Below, piece after piece: positions 53,321-64,000 of a DNA stretch of 64,000 nucleotides. The position numbers and the translations under genes were made by a program. The notes under the pieces are model-generated. The model was given only the letters and a program-made list of their open reading frames with translations, was not told the DNA's origin and did not search any database. The DNA comes from Felis catus (taxonomy: Eukaryota), in assembly GCF_018350175.1 (NCBI RefSeq), contig NC_058368.1:153638001-153702000 (forward strand). The letters are read 5' to 3'. Numbering within the stretch: the first letter of the stretch is position 1; every line of letters starts with the position of its first letter.

Positions 53321-54886
53321 AATTCATAAGCATTTGAAAAGAACTGAGAATTCTCAAATGCTCAACAAAGAATATTGCCTTATATTGCTGCTAAGCACCA
53401 AGATGTTTGTCACTGTTGTCACTATTTATGTACATTTCTATGTTATTTCTAGATGTACTATCATCTGTGGCTCTCTAACTTCATTTGTTATGTTCTTCTC
53501 CTTTCCCTATTTGTCATTCTTAAACATGATAAGTCTTTAATTTATATCTCTGTAACTTAAAAAATGTTTTTTAAGTATTAAAGTTTCATTTTTTGAGACT
53601 TGTTACTTCAATAGTGAGGCAAGATAGCCATTACTACAATTTTAAGTTGAACTAATAACTGTAGTTCCATATGTGGGCTGGGTGCCAACTATAATCACTC
53701 AGAGTTGCCCTCAATAGTTATTTGCCCTGAGCTATTTTGTTAGCATTAAACATCAGCCTGTACTTAGATAAGGATCTGAAGATTGTACAGTTGCTTAGTT
53801 ACTTGCTTTTTTCATTGCTTCCCCTTTAAGCCAATAACTAAATGAACAATTAGGACTTGGGTTGTGTGAGAAATGTGTTTTATTTGGCATGGACCCTAAT
53901 GATCAGATAATGAACAGCTTCATTTCTATCAAGAGGATATTCTAAAGGATGGTTTCATTTCTTAATGCTGACCCTCACTCTGAGAGGCAGACTGCTCTAA
54001 TCATGATAGTTAATGACCAATAAGTGGCCATTTGTCACATTTTCACTCTTTACTCCAGGCCTCAGCCAACCTCTAACATAAAGGATTCAAACTATGATGA
54101 AATGTTTTAACAGGTAATGATGAGAGAGATGATGAGAATTTTTAGGCCAGGGTTCATGCTCCATATGTTCTCTGTAGTAATCATGTTGAAAAATAGTAGT
54201 TTGGTTCTGAAGCACTACAGAATTTGATTCACTGGACATTTATTGACTATGTGTAACTCATGAGAGTAGAAAGAGAAATGAATATCAAAGTACAAATCTC
54301 TGCCTCTAATAAACTTAGTCTGTAGTAAGATGTCACGTTCTAATCAGAATTTAAATGAAATAGGTTATGACTAACTTAGTTACTAGACTTATGTACAGAA
54401 AACATTATAAACTTGGAGGAAGCATCAGAAGTCTCTAAAAGTTATAAAGACCTTTAAATTGTTTCTTATGTACCCTTGGCTTATGCATACTTGACTTTGA
54501 CTATAAACATAACCCAACATTTGAAAAGTTCACAGTTAAATTGTGGAAGTTCATTAACTACATGATTAAAGCTGATTTGTTATGTTTAAATTTCCATAAT
54601 CCATTTACAAGGTTTACCCATTTAAAATCTCTAAATTAGCAGTTTCTCTGCTTCTATTATTCAGGTCATTGCACCTTAGATAAGCTAAATGTCTAAGTGT
54701 TCCCTGTAAAGAAAGCAAACAAAATTTAAATATCTGCCATAGGAAGGTCAAAACAAGGAAAGTCATCATTAGTCTGAATAGAAGTTTCCATTAATTTTCT
54801 ACTTCATTTTTCCTCCTCTTCATCAAATATAAGTGAATTGATGAAATTTTCTAAAGTATTTCCTTTTAAAATATGCATTTTAATTC

Positions 54887-55126
54887 AGTTCTTAAAAACC
54901 ATTCTGAGCCATGGCATCATTTTTAAAGTTTATTTATTTATTTTGAGAGAGATAGAGAGTACAAGTGTGGGAGGGTGAGAGAGAGGGAGAGAGAGAGAAT
55001 CCCAAGCAAGCTCCACACTGACAGCATGGAGCCCGATGTGGGGCTTGAACTCATGAACTGTGAGATCATGACCTGAGCTGAAACCAAGAGTCAGATGCTT
55101 AACCGACTGAGCCACCCAGGGGCCCC
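54887..55126 (-). mobile_element. Can-SINE with 33 nt of extra 3' sequence inside its TSD
   Basis: 17-bp TSD aatatgcattttaattc at 54870-54886 and 55127-55143; SINE tail begins ~54920. Confidence 0.93.
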
Positions 55127-55222
55127 AATATGCATTTTAATTCTAAACTGAAATTGTAATTTGTAGAAGTTAGGACATTTGGGATTCCTTTGGCATGCAG
55201 TATTAGTAGTAACAAGGGCACT

Positions 55223-55460
55223 GGGGAGACATTTGCAAGGCAGCAGTGTAAGAAGATTCTGAATTCACCCTCATCCCATAGATATGCTATATCTACAGCT
55301 CAAAATGGATAATTTCCCTCTGAAAAAGATCTGAAAACTAGGTGAACTGTTTCACCACAACAAAGGATAAAAAGATCACATGAAGAGGGTGGGAGAGGCA
55401 GAGACATGATACTACCCCAAACCCCATCCTCTGGTGCAGCAACACAGGTGGAGTGGATCC
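55223..55460 (+). mobile_element. Isolated L1 5'UTR (5'-terminal) fragment
   Basis: aatttccctctgaaaaagatctgaaaactaggtgaac...ccacaacaaaggataaaaagatcaca resembles recalled L1M2/carnivore L1 5' ends. Confidence 0.65.
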
Positions 55461-56790
55461 ATAACTTATTTTTCTTAGTAATTATCTAAAGCTACAGAAA
55501 CTATCAACATAGAAAATTACTAATTCTAAAGCATTACAATAACTTTGGTAATGCTTATAAGAACTTTTGATTCTTTAAAAAAGTGCTTATTAGTGTCTAC
55601 TGTGGCTGTCAAACTTTATGGGAGATAAAAATACCTCTCCCAAGAATCTTAAAGTCTAGTTGAAGAATTAAAAATGTCAACATAAGTAACTTCAAAAGAC
55701 AGTAGAACATAAAAGGCCCAAAACTAACATACAAAAAAAGTAGTATAAATATTGAATGGTGGGAGTATTTCTCCCAACTGGTGGTATAGGGAGTAGGTTG
55801 AATCACCAAAGTTTCCATAGATCAGGAGACATTACGCGGAGGTGGACCCTTTAGGGATGATATAAGACAAGTGTAGAGATGCCACCCTGTAGGAATAAAG
55901 GATATAGTGAACATTCTGCCTGAGTGAGGCATGGAGTAATTGAAGAAGAAGACGAGCTAAAAAGTTCTGGAAGATATGTGTGAGCTTGTGTATGGACAGC
56001 CCTGAATACCAGGTTAAAGAGTAGAATCCTTCAATTCTAGTCTGTGAATATACATCAAGTTCTCTACTGTTTGTGTTGTGTTTAATCTGTGTATATGGGG
56101 AAAACAAACAAACAAACAAAGAACCCAGAGCAATGTGGTTTAACTCCTCAGGAAGTTCACTTTGTAGATTTTGCAGATGTGATAGACATCAGGAATGGGG
56201 TAGACTGGGTGGATTATTTGATACTTGTAGTCAGAGGAGTTCTGGGCTAGGATTTAAGAGTAATAATTTGAAGGTGATGTATAAAATAAATGAGTGGACA
56301 AGACTTGGCCAATAGACCCCCAAGTGTTAGACTTCCCAATTTTGTTTTATTTATTTCTGAAAAGGATATGTCTTAAAAGAAAAAGAAAAGGAAAAATACC
56401 AAATTATTTTTGTAGGCTAGTATGAAGAAATATAAGAGGAATAAAGCTTTTTTTTCCCCCCAGGAATCCCAAATTAATGTTCTGATTTCATTAAATGAAG
56501 GTACTTCTGACATAGAGTAGTCCCTAGAATGAGTTATTTCTTTAATATGCACAACTGTACTCACTAATAAGGGTAGAGGCATGGTGCCAGACTGTGAAAG
56601 CACCAGTGTTCTGCCCTCTCAGGAGACTCCTCAGCAGCTCAAGATCACAGAAAGAGAAAATAAGTGACACCAAGGAATTGGGTGACAGTGGAAGGTGATA
56701 GAGAAAGGTAGGAAAGAGAAGTTTTGTTGAAATTAAAGTATGGAATAAATAGGTATAAAATTAAAACTCATTTGTATAATAGTTTTAGTA

Positions 56791-57270
56791 CATATATTCC
56801 TCAACTTAGCACAAGTTTACATAACAATAAACCCATCATAAGATAAAAATATCATAAATCAAAAATGCATTTAATACACATAACTTAGTGGACATCATAG
56901 CTTAGCTTAGCTTAGCTTACCTTAAATGTGTTCAAGACATTTACACTAGCCTAGGTTGGGTAAAATCATATAACACAAACCCAATTTGATAACAGTGTTG
57001 ATTGTCTCATGTAATTTATTGGATACTGTGCTGGAAGTGAAAGAACAGTTGTGTGAGTACAGAAGAGTTGTGATCATGTGGCGGGCTGGGAGCTGTGGCT
57101 CACTGCTGCTGCCCAGCATTGTAAGAGAGTACCTACTGCATATTGTTAGCCCAGGAAAAGATTAAAATTCAGAATTTGAAGTATGGTTTCTACTGAGTGT
57201 GTATCACTTTTACATTATTGGAAAGTTGAAAAAATTGAAAGTTGAACCATCATCAGTCAGGAATTGTCTG
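56791..57270 (+). mobile_element. Tigger5/MER47-family MITE
   Basis: TA-flanked; ataaacccatcataag...catcatagcttagc...gaagtatggtttctactga...gttgaaccatcatcagtcaggaattgtctg. Confidence 0.88.
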
Positions 57271-57602
57271 TATGGCATACTTAAGTGCTAAATGATTGCT
57301 CTAAAATTCTGCTGCTGAATTATTAAAGTGATTTAACTTTTCTCCACGTGGTAGCCAGGATTCTAGGATGTTCCCTAAGATTCCTACCCCCTGAAACACA
57401 TGCCATGTATAATCCTGTCTCTTTGAGTGTTGGATGGAAGCTGGGAATAGGATGATGTTTCTCCCATGAATAAATTAAATTATATGGCAAAAGTGAAGGG
57501 ATCTTTGCAGATGTGATTTTAATTCCTTCAATCAGTTGACTGTGAGTCAATCAGAAGGGAGGTTATTCTGGGTAAGCCTGAACTAATCAGATGAGCCCTT
57601 TA

Positions 57603-57829
57603 TTTATTTTTTTTAATTTTTTTTTCCAACGTTTATTTATTTTTGGGACAGAGAGAGACAGAGCATGAACAGGGGAGGGGCAGAGAGAGAGGGAGACACA
57701 GAATCGGAAACAGGCTCCAGGCTCTGAGCCATCAGCCCAGAGTCTGACACGGGGCTTGAACTCACAGGCCGCGAGATCGTGACCTGGCTGAAGTCAGACG
57801 CTTAACCGACTGTGCCACCCAGGTGCCCC
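57603..57829 (-). mobile_element. Feline SINE
   Basis: TSD gatgagcccttta. Confidence 0.96.
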
Positions 57830-57859
57830 TGGATGAGCCCTTTAAGAAAGGGTCTTGAA

Positions 57860-58058
57860 GAGGTGCCTGGGTGGCTCATTAGGTTGAGTGTCTGACTTCG
57901 GCTCAGGTCATGATCTCACAGCTCCTGGGTTCAAGCCTTGAGTCGGGCTCTGTGCTGACAGCTCAGAGCCTGGAGCCTGCTTCATATTCTATGTTTCCCC
58001 CCCTCTCTCTGTCCCTTCCCTGCTTGCACTCTCTCTCTCTCAAAAAAAAAAAAAAAAA
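57860..58058 (+). mobile_element. Can-SINE
   Basis: A20 tail; TSD core ggtcttgaa. Confidence 0.95.
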
Positions 58059-60671
58059 AAAGGTCTTGAAGTCAGAAATGCTCTGTGCTACTGGCTTTGG
58101 AGACACAAGTCACCATGAGTTTTTCAGCTAAAACTAAGTGACTTTTGCTAATGGTCACATGAGCTTAGAAGAGAATTCCAAGGCTCAGATGAAGCCATTG
58201 GCTTGTCTGGTACCTTGTTTGTTCCCTTGTCACATACTTAGCAGAGGACCAAGCTGAGCAGAATTGGGACCTCTGAACTACAGAATCTGTGAGATAATAA
58301 ATGGGTGTTGTTTTAAGTTGCTAAATTTTATTACTGTTATGCAGTAATACAAAAATATCACACTCCTCATTGAATAAATATTCTGAAGACAGGAAAGTGG
58401 GGATACTACATTTGGAAAATACTTTTACTAAAAATCAAATGAAAATCTGTTGCCAGTGCTCAGTGGATTAGTCAACATAAAAAGATTCTATCTAGTAGAC
58501 TTCCTTTCCCAACATCTGGCTCTTACTGTTAAGAGTTAGGTGTAATTTGGGATAGAGAAGACATAAAATAGGGCGTAAAATGGCCATGTGATCCTGTGAC
58601 AGAGAAAAAAAATGTTCCCTTCTTTATCACACTTGATTATTGTTGGGAAATTGTCATTTGTTTGCTAATGGGAGAAAATATGTTATTTTGTATAGAATTG
58701 AACTTGGATTTGTTGACATTATTTATCAGTTAATTGTCAATTCAAGGTACAACTATATAACTTATTCTTTGTTTCTGTCTGTAAAGTATATATACTTTAC
58801 ACTGCACTGAGGAATGTGATTAAGAACTGAAACAAGAATTCATGAATCATATTGACACAAATAATGTTTATAACTTTTATGCAAGTCTAACAATTGTGGA
58901 CGGTTCTGCTGTCCTCCTTCCCAGCTTTCCTGCTTGATTCCTGGGATAATAGAAAGTACTTTTTAAAAGGATGGAGAAAATAACAAAACACTGTAAGCAG
59001 AGTGAAGTTCCAGAACTTGGCAATCTTTAGGAAGGAAAAAAAATAGTGTAGTTCATCAGTAAAATAGCACATGGAGCTCAGTTACAAGAAGTTGTCCATT
59101 GTAGCAGTAGAAAGCTTTATTTGTCCCATAAATGTGTCATCAGGAGGATATACTTAGGAGAAGTACTTCCTTCATCCTTTTCTTCTGAAGGCTGGATTTG
59201 AAGACCAATGCCTCATTGCAACTGTAAGGAATGAAAAACAGAAAGTAACATAATCTTCAAAAACCTGAATCAGAAGCTGAGTGGAGATAGGGATATACCC
59301 AAGTGTGGAGGTCAGAGGAGCAAGAAGAAGGGGAAGAAAAAAAAAAGAGGGAGGAAGAAAGAATAAATATCCTAATGTCTTTGATGAATGTGTTTTGAAT
59401 TGTCTACTGATGAAGAAACATAAAAAATAGTTTGGCGTTATTCTCTGTGTTCTATTTCTGCATTGGATCTTAAAATTTTAGAACTCTTTGATTATGGAGT
59501 ATATTTATAATTCTTTCAGACATCAAGGGTTTAGGTCTAAGGTTATGCTTTTATGTTTATTAGGATTCCAGGAACCTGGAGAATGTGTAAGTCAACAAAT
59601 AGGATTTCAAGTATTTTTTATTAATAAGCTACAGAGTATTATATCTATATATATTTATATCTAGATATGAGCAATATAAAACAAAGCAATATTTTCTATA
59701 AATTCCTTTAAATAGTATATACTTTGTCATATTAAATAAAATAATAAGAGTTTAGCAGTAGTCTTCTCTCAATTGGTAATTATATGGATGCCTCGCACTT
59801 AAGTCATCCTAAAATTGCCAGGGCCCATTACCTCTAAATCCCATTATCTGGCCAGATGATGGCAGACTACACCAATACCTTTTTGGGACTGTTGAAGCTG
59901 AAGTTGCTTTCTTTGCTCACATGAGGGAGTGGAATGATTCCCTCTATGCCCCCAGCTGCCTGGGGAGATACCCATCTAGTCAAAAAGGGAATCTGGAATA
60001 AAGAAGTTGTGGAACAAAGTGAAGGGGGAAGACCTCACTCACAGCAATCCCATGATCCTACAGTGAAAAGATTTCTTCTCCCTCTTCTAGAGTACTCCTC
60101 CCTGAAGCATATCCAGTTTGGTGTTTTAATCCTTTTAGGAAATTAGAGTTTGTAGTCATTTTCCTGGGAATATGACATTTTATGGTAGAAAACATAGAGA
60201 TAGAAATAGGCATTTTCATATTCAGTCAGCTTTATTCAGCTTAAAGCTGAATTGTCTCTTAATTGTCCTTCCCTTTACAACCACAACTTGACTAGCTATG
60301 GACTTTGGGTCATTCTAAATTTTCTTGATACTACAGTGGTACTTATCATTCTATCTAATCAAAAACCAAAGGTATTTTTACAACACCATTTTGTCCTGTA
60401 AACGGATAATGCTTTCTCTTTGTTCTCCATTGTTTTATGCCAAGAAGTATTCACCTTTAAATATTTGAATTCATGCATGTGTTTTGCAGAGAGATACAGA
60501 TGCAAATAGTTTTAATACAGCAGCATCAGTGGCAATAAGGGTACTGAGTTCTGCATGAACCTAATGATGAAGTAGTTCACTGAACTTGAAAGTGGAAGCC
60601 TACCCCAGGCCTCTGACCACAGAAAGTTCATCATAACTTTTTAACTCATTTGTACTTTATTTAAATTTTTT

Positions 60672-60891
60672 TTTTAAAATTTTTTTCAACGTTTTTATTT
60701 ATTTTTGGGACAGAGAGAGACAGAGCATGAACGGGGGAGGGGCAGAGAGAGAGGGAGACACAGAATCGGAAACAGGCTCCAGGCTCCGAGCCATCAGCCC
60801 AGAGCCCGACGCGGGGCTCGAACTCACGGACCGCGAGATCGTGACCTGGCTGAAGTCGGACGCTTAACCGACTGCGCCACCCAGGCGCCCC
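60672..60891 (-). mobile_element. Very young feline SINE nested in the tail of an older SINE
   Basis: CpG-rich near-consensus body; TSD taaatttttt. Confidence 0.96.
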
Positions 60892-61107
60892 TAAATTTTT
60901 TAAATGTTTATTTACTTTTGAGAGAGAGAGAGAGAGACAGAGCAGAGTTGGGGAGGGGCAGAAAGAGACAGAGACACAGAATTCAAAGCAGGGTCCTGGC
61001 TCTGAGCTGTCAGTACAAGTCCGAAGCAGGACTCGAACTCACCAGCCATGAGATCATGACCTGAACTGAAGTCGGATGCTTACCCGACTAAGTCACCCAG
61101 GTGCCCC
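60892..61107 (-). mobile_element. Older Can-SINE
   Basis: TSD tcatttgtacttta at 60646-60659 and 61111-61124 brackets both SINEs. Confidence 0.95.
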
Positions 61108-61364
61108 AAGTCATTTGTACTTTAAAAGAATGTATTTGTATCCTGTCTAAACTGGTTTCCTGTACAGGTCTATGACCTGCACTAATCATCAACTGTTCCT
61201 TCAGAATCTTAACATGCAACTTCTTTTAAAGAAAGTTGATTCTCGATGTTCTTAGTCTCCCTTTGTTCTCTGCCCATAGCTGATATCTTTGCCATGTAAA
61301 AATCATGACTCTTTAATCACAATCAGGAAAGCACTTACTTACACACATTTTTCTTAGACATCTT

Positions 61365-61606
61365 TCTTTTTTCATTTTTTTAAATTTATATTTTAAATTT
61401 ATTTTTTTTACCTTGAGAGAGACACAGAGAGAGAGAGAGAGGCGGGGAGGGGCAGGTAGAGAGAGAGAGAGAGAGAGAGTCTGAAGCAGGTACTTCATTG
61501 TCAGTGCAGAGCCCACTGAGGGACCTGAACTCACGAATTGCGAGATCATGACCTGAGCTGAAACGAAGAGTCAGATACTTAACTGACCAAGTCATCAAGG
61601 CACCCC
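61365..61606 (-). mobile_element. Can-SINE
   Basis: TSD core tcttagac. Confidence 0.94.
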
Positions 61607-62109
61607 ATCTTAGACTTTTCTCTTAAAGAGGAACACCAGGGTAGGATGTGTACATTGTTACTGTTATTGTTTGGTCATCCTTGTAGTTTTATTAACAAAA
61701 ATATTTTTTGAACAGGGAAAATGGGCTTACCACACAATTAGTAAGATGGTATTAATCTAGATAAAGGAATTTTGAACCATATGAAAGTCTCTCTAAAGCT
61801 GATGTCTTATTTTACAGTTCTGCCAATGACTTGGTTGAAGATGTGGAAATGCAGGCTTATTAAAAATGGATGATCAAGCTTAGAAAGATAACAAATATTT
61901 GAAGACAGAACTAGGATTTCAAAATTAATGATGACTAAATAATCAACTGAAAATATTAGGATATATGTAAATACAGAACTTGAGTTCAAAAAGCCAATTG
62001 TATAAATATAAGTTAGGTTAACACCTGACTTGATAGCAGATATTATTTAATCCTAACTAACACCAAAGAAAAACAAGGAACAGGGCCAGTTCATTTAGGC
62101 CAGTTAATG

Positions 62110-62160
62110 TTTTTTTTTCTATTTTTTGAATTTTTTATTAAAAATTTGATATTTATTTTT

Positions 62161-62192
<32 letters not shown>

Positions 62193-62353
62193 AAGTGAGC
62201 AAGGGAGGGGCAGAGAGAGGGAGAGAATCTGAAGCAGGCCCCAGACTCTGAGCTGTCAGCATAGAGTCCATTGCGGGGCCTGAACTCATGAACCACGATT
62301 CATGACCTGAGCCAGGGTCGGAAGCTCAACCAACTGAGCCACCCAGGCACCCC
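62110..62353 (-). mobile_element. Can-SINE
   Basis: Body match ending ...gccacccaggcacccc. Confidence 0.94.
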
Positions 62354-62382
62354 TATGGTTTGTTGTTTTAAAAAGTTAATGT

Positions 62383-62588
62383 GGGGCACCTGGGTGCCTC
62401 AGTCAGTTGTGTATCCGACTTGATTTTGGCTCAAGTCTTGATTCCATGGTCGTGGGATCGAACCCCACATTAGGGTCCTTGCTGAGCATGGAGCCTACTT
62501 AAGAGTCTCTCTCACATGCTCTCTCTCTCCCTCTCTCTCTCCCTTCTCTCTGCTACCCTCCCCCATGATTTCTCTTTAACATAAAAAA
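62383..62588 (+). mobile_element. Can-SINE
   Basis: 14-bp TSD taaaaagttaatgt. Confidence 0.94.
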
Positions 62589-63717
62589 TAAAAAGTTAAT
62601 GTAATTTTATCCTATATAATCTTATTAAAATAAAACATCCTATCTAAAAAATGTTACTTATGTAAATATATTTATGAATTATATATATTTATATGAATGT
62701 AAAGTTAGGCATGGGAGGCCACACAGATAATAATTGCATTGATTAGTTTAGAGGACTTAATTTTTAAAAATTCAATACTGTTTTAAAAATTTGTAAGTAC
62801 AATTGTAAGTAAGTGTTATATAAAATAAAATAATCTCAGGAGTAGGTGGAACTCTTAAAGAAATAAGATTAATAATAGCAACAATATATAACTTATATTT
62901 GTTTAGCAAACTATGGTTTATATTATGTAATAGACTATAGTTTATTATTATAATTGTTCTTTAATTTTAACTTTAATTGGTTCCTTACAATTTTCTAAGG
63001 TAGGTAAGGTAGCAATTGTTTTACTTTGAGGGTATTAAGATAAACTTGGAGAAGCAAAGTGATTTATTTTAGTCTTAGTTCTAGTCATAACAAGCACACA
63101 CATGTGTCTTTGCAGAAGCATTTTTCTGGATGAATCAGTCCTGTCCAGAGGAAGAAAAGACTGATTTGGTCTTCTGTGTTGAATGTATGTATACCTGAGT
63201 GTAAAAGTATAATGCAATATAAAATAGTATCTTAGAATACATAACTATATAAAAAAATAATGCCCTATGATGATGTAATAAAGTTAGAGGTTAAATCATA
63301 CATTTTTCCCATATATTTGTTCTAATAGGGATATTACAAAATTAAAATTCATGAAAGATAAGCTGAAGAAGTATGCTAAGATTGTGAAAACCAAGCTCTA
63401 AGAAAAATTATCTTGAAGGAATTGAGAAATGTTTTATTAAAGAGTAAGCTTCAAAAGAGTAGGGACCATTTCTGTTTTGTTCACAAGTGGTTCTTAGTAT
63501 AAAGTAGGTACAGAATAATTATTTGCTCAATGATTAGATGACACAATTTCTGTCATCATTTACTTGAAGGATGGGCATTTGATTTATTCAGAGGATAGTC
63601 ATACAAATAAGAATTGGAAGTTATTGAGACAAATTCTAGCTATATTTATATAAGGAAGAAATTTCCCATGGTGAGTGCTTTTTACATGAAAGGCTTTTAA
63701 AAGCATTTGGCATTATT

Positions 63718-63936
63718 GGGGCGCCTGGGTGGCTTCGTCGGTTAAGCGTCCGACTTCGGCTCAGGTCATGATCTCACGGTCCGTGAGTTCGAGCCCCGCG
63801 TCCGGCTCTGTGCTGACAGCTCAGAGCCTGGAGCCTGTTTCAGAGTCTGTGTCTCCCTCTCTCTCTGCCCCTCCCGTGTTCATGCTCTGTCTCTCTCTGT
63901 CTCAAAAATAAATAAACGTTAAAAAAAAATTTTTAA
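63718..63936 (+). mobile_element. Young feline SINE
   Basis: 19-bp TSD aaaagYatttggcattatt. Confidence 0.97.
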
Positions 63937-64000
63937 AAAAGTATTTGGCATTATTTACTACAGGAGGAGTTACTTAATTTTAAGTATCTACATTTCAGTT

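Larger units (their letters stand above)
57347..58361 (+). mobile_element. MLT1E-like MaLR solo LTR, split by two SINEs
   Basis: tatatggcaaaagtgaagggatctttgcagatgtg...aatcagttgac...ctgtgagataataaatgggtgttgttttaag. Confidence 0.85.

Noticed and set aside
60705..61064. Recurrent peptide ERGRGRERGRHRIGNRLQA (also at 24316 and 36430)
   Set aside because: Antisense translation of Can-SINEs, not a gene family
63592..63676. Strong donor ATG|gtgagt with an upstream AG
   Set aside because: Stops in all three frames and a weak acceptor; isolated motif
1..64000. CRISPR arrays, tRNA/rRNA genes, known miRNAs, prokaryotic systems
   Set aside because: None seen; tRNA-like A/B boxes belong to SINE heads, and the repeats are retroposon TSDs or microsatellites rather than repeat-spacer arrays

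Overview
AT-rich mammalian genomic DNA from a felid: the tRNA-derived SINEs match the feline Can-SINE (SINEC_Fc-type) consensus, and carnivore L1 elements are present. I cannot identify any intact host protein-coding gene. Most supplied ORFs lie in L1 or SINE copies or microsatellites, and the rest are of chance length. The window holds one degenerate near-full-length L1 (~12.2-19.0 kb, minus strand), several 5'-truncated L1s, about 23 Can-SINEs (many with clear target-site duplications, TSDs), MaLR/ERVL solo LTRs, hAT and Tigger MITEs, and L2/MIR relics. The minus-strand bias of younger L1s and SINEs suggests one very large intron of a plus-strand gene (inference). The repeat-poor first ~4 kb carries minus-strand promoter-like motifs and splice sites, and may be the 5' end of a nested antisense gene whose remainder lies left of the window. 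The most interesting features are mechanistic: three head-to-head SINE pairs ~30 bp apart around a central T/A target, a SINE carrying 33 nt of extra 3' sequence inside its TSD, parallel microsatellite expansion at one homologous site in four L1 copies, two tiny L1s truncated at nearly the same position, an orphan L1 5' end, and a compact three-way-junction inverted repeat beside a candidate exon. Repeat subfamily names come from recalled consensus similarity, not a database search. I see no convincing novel biological system.
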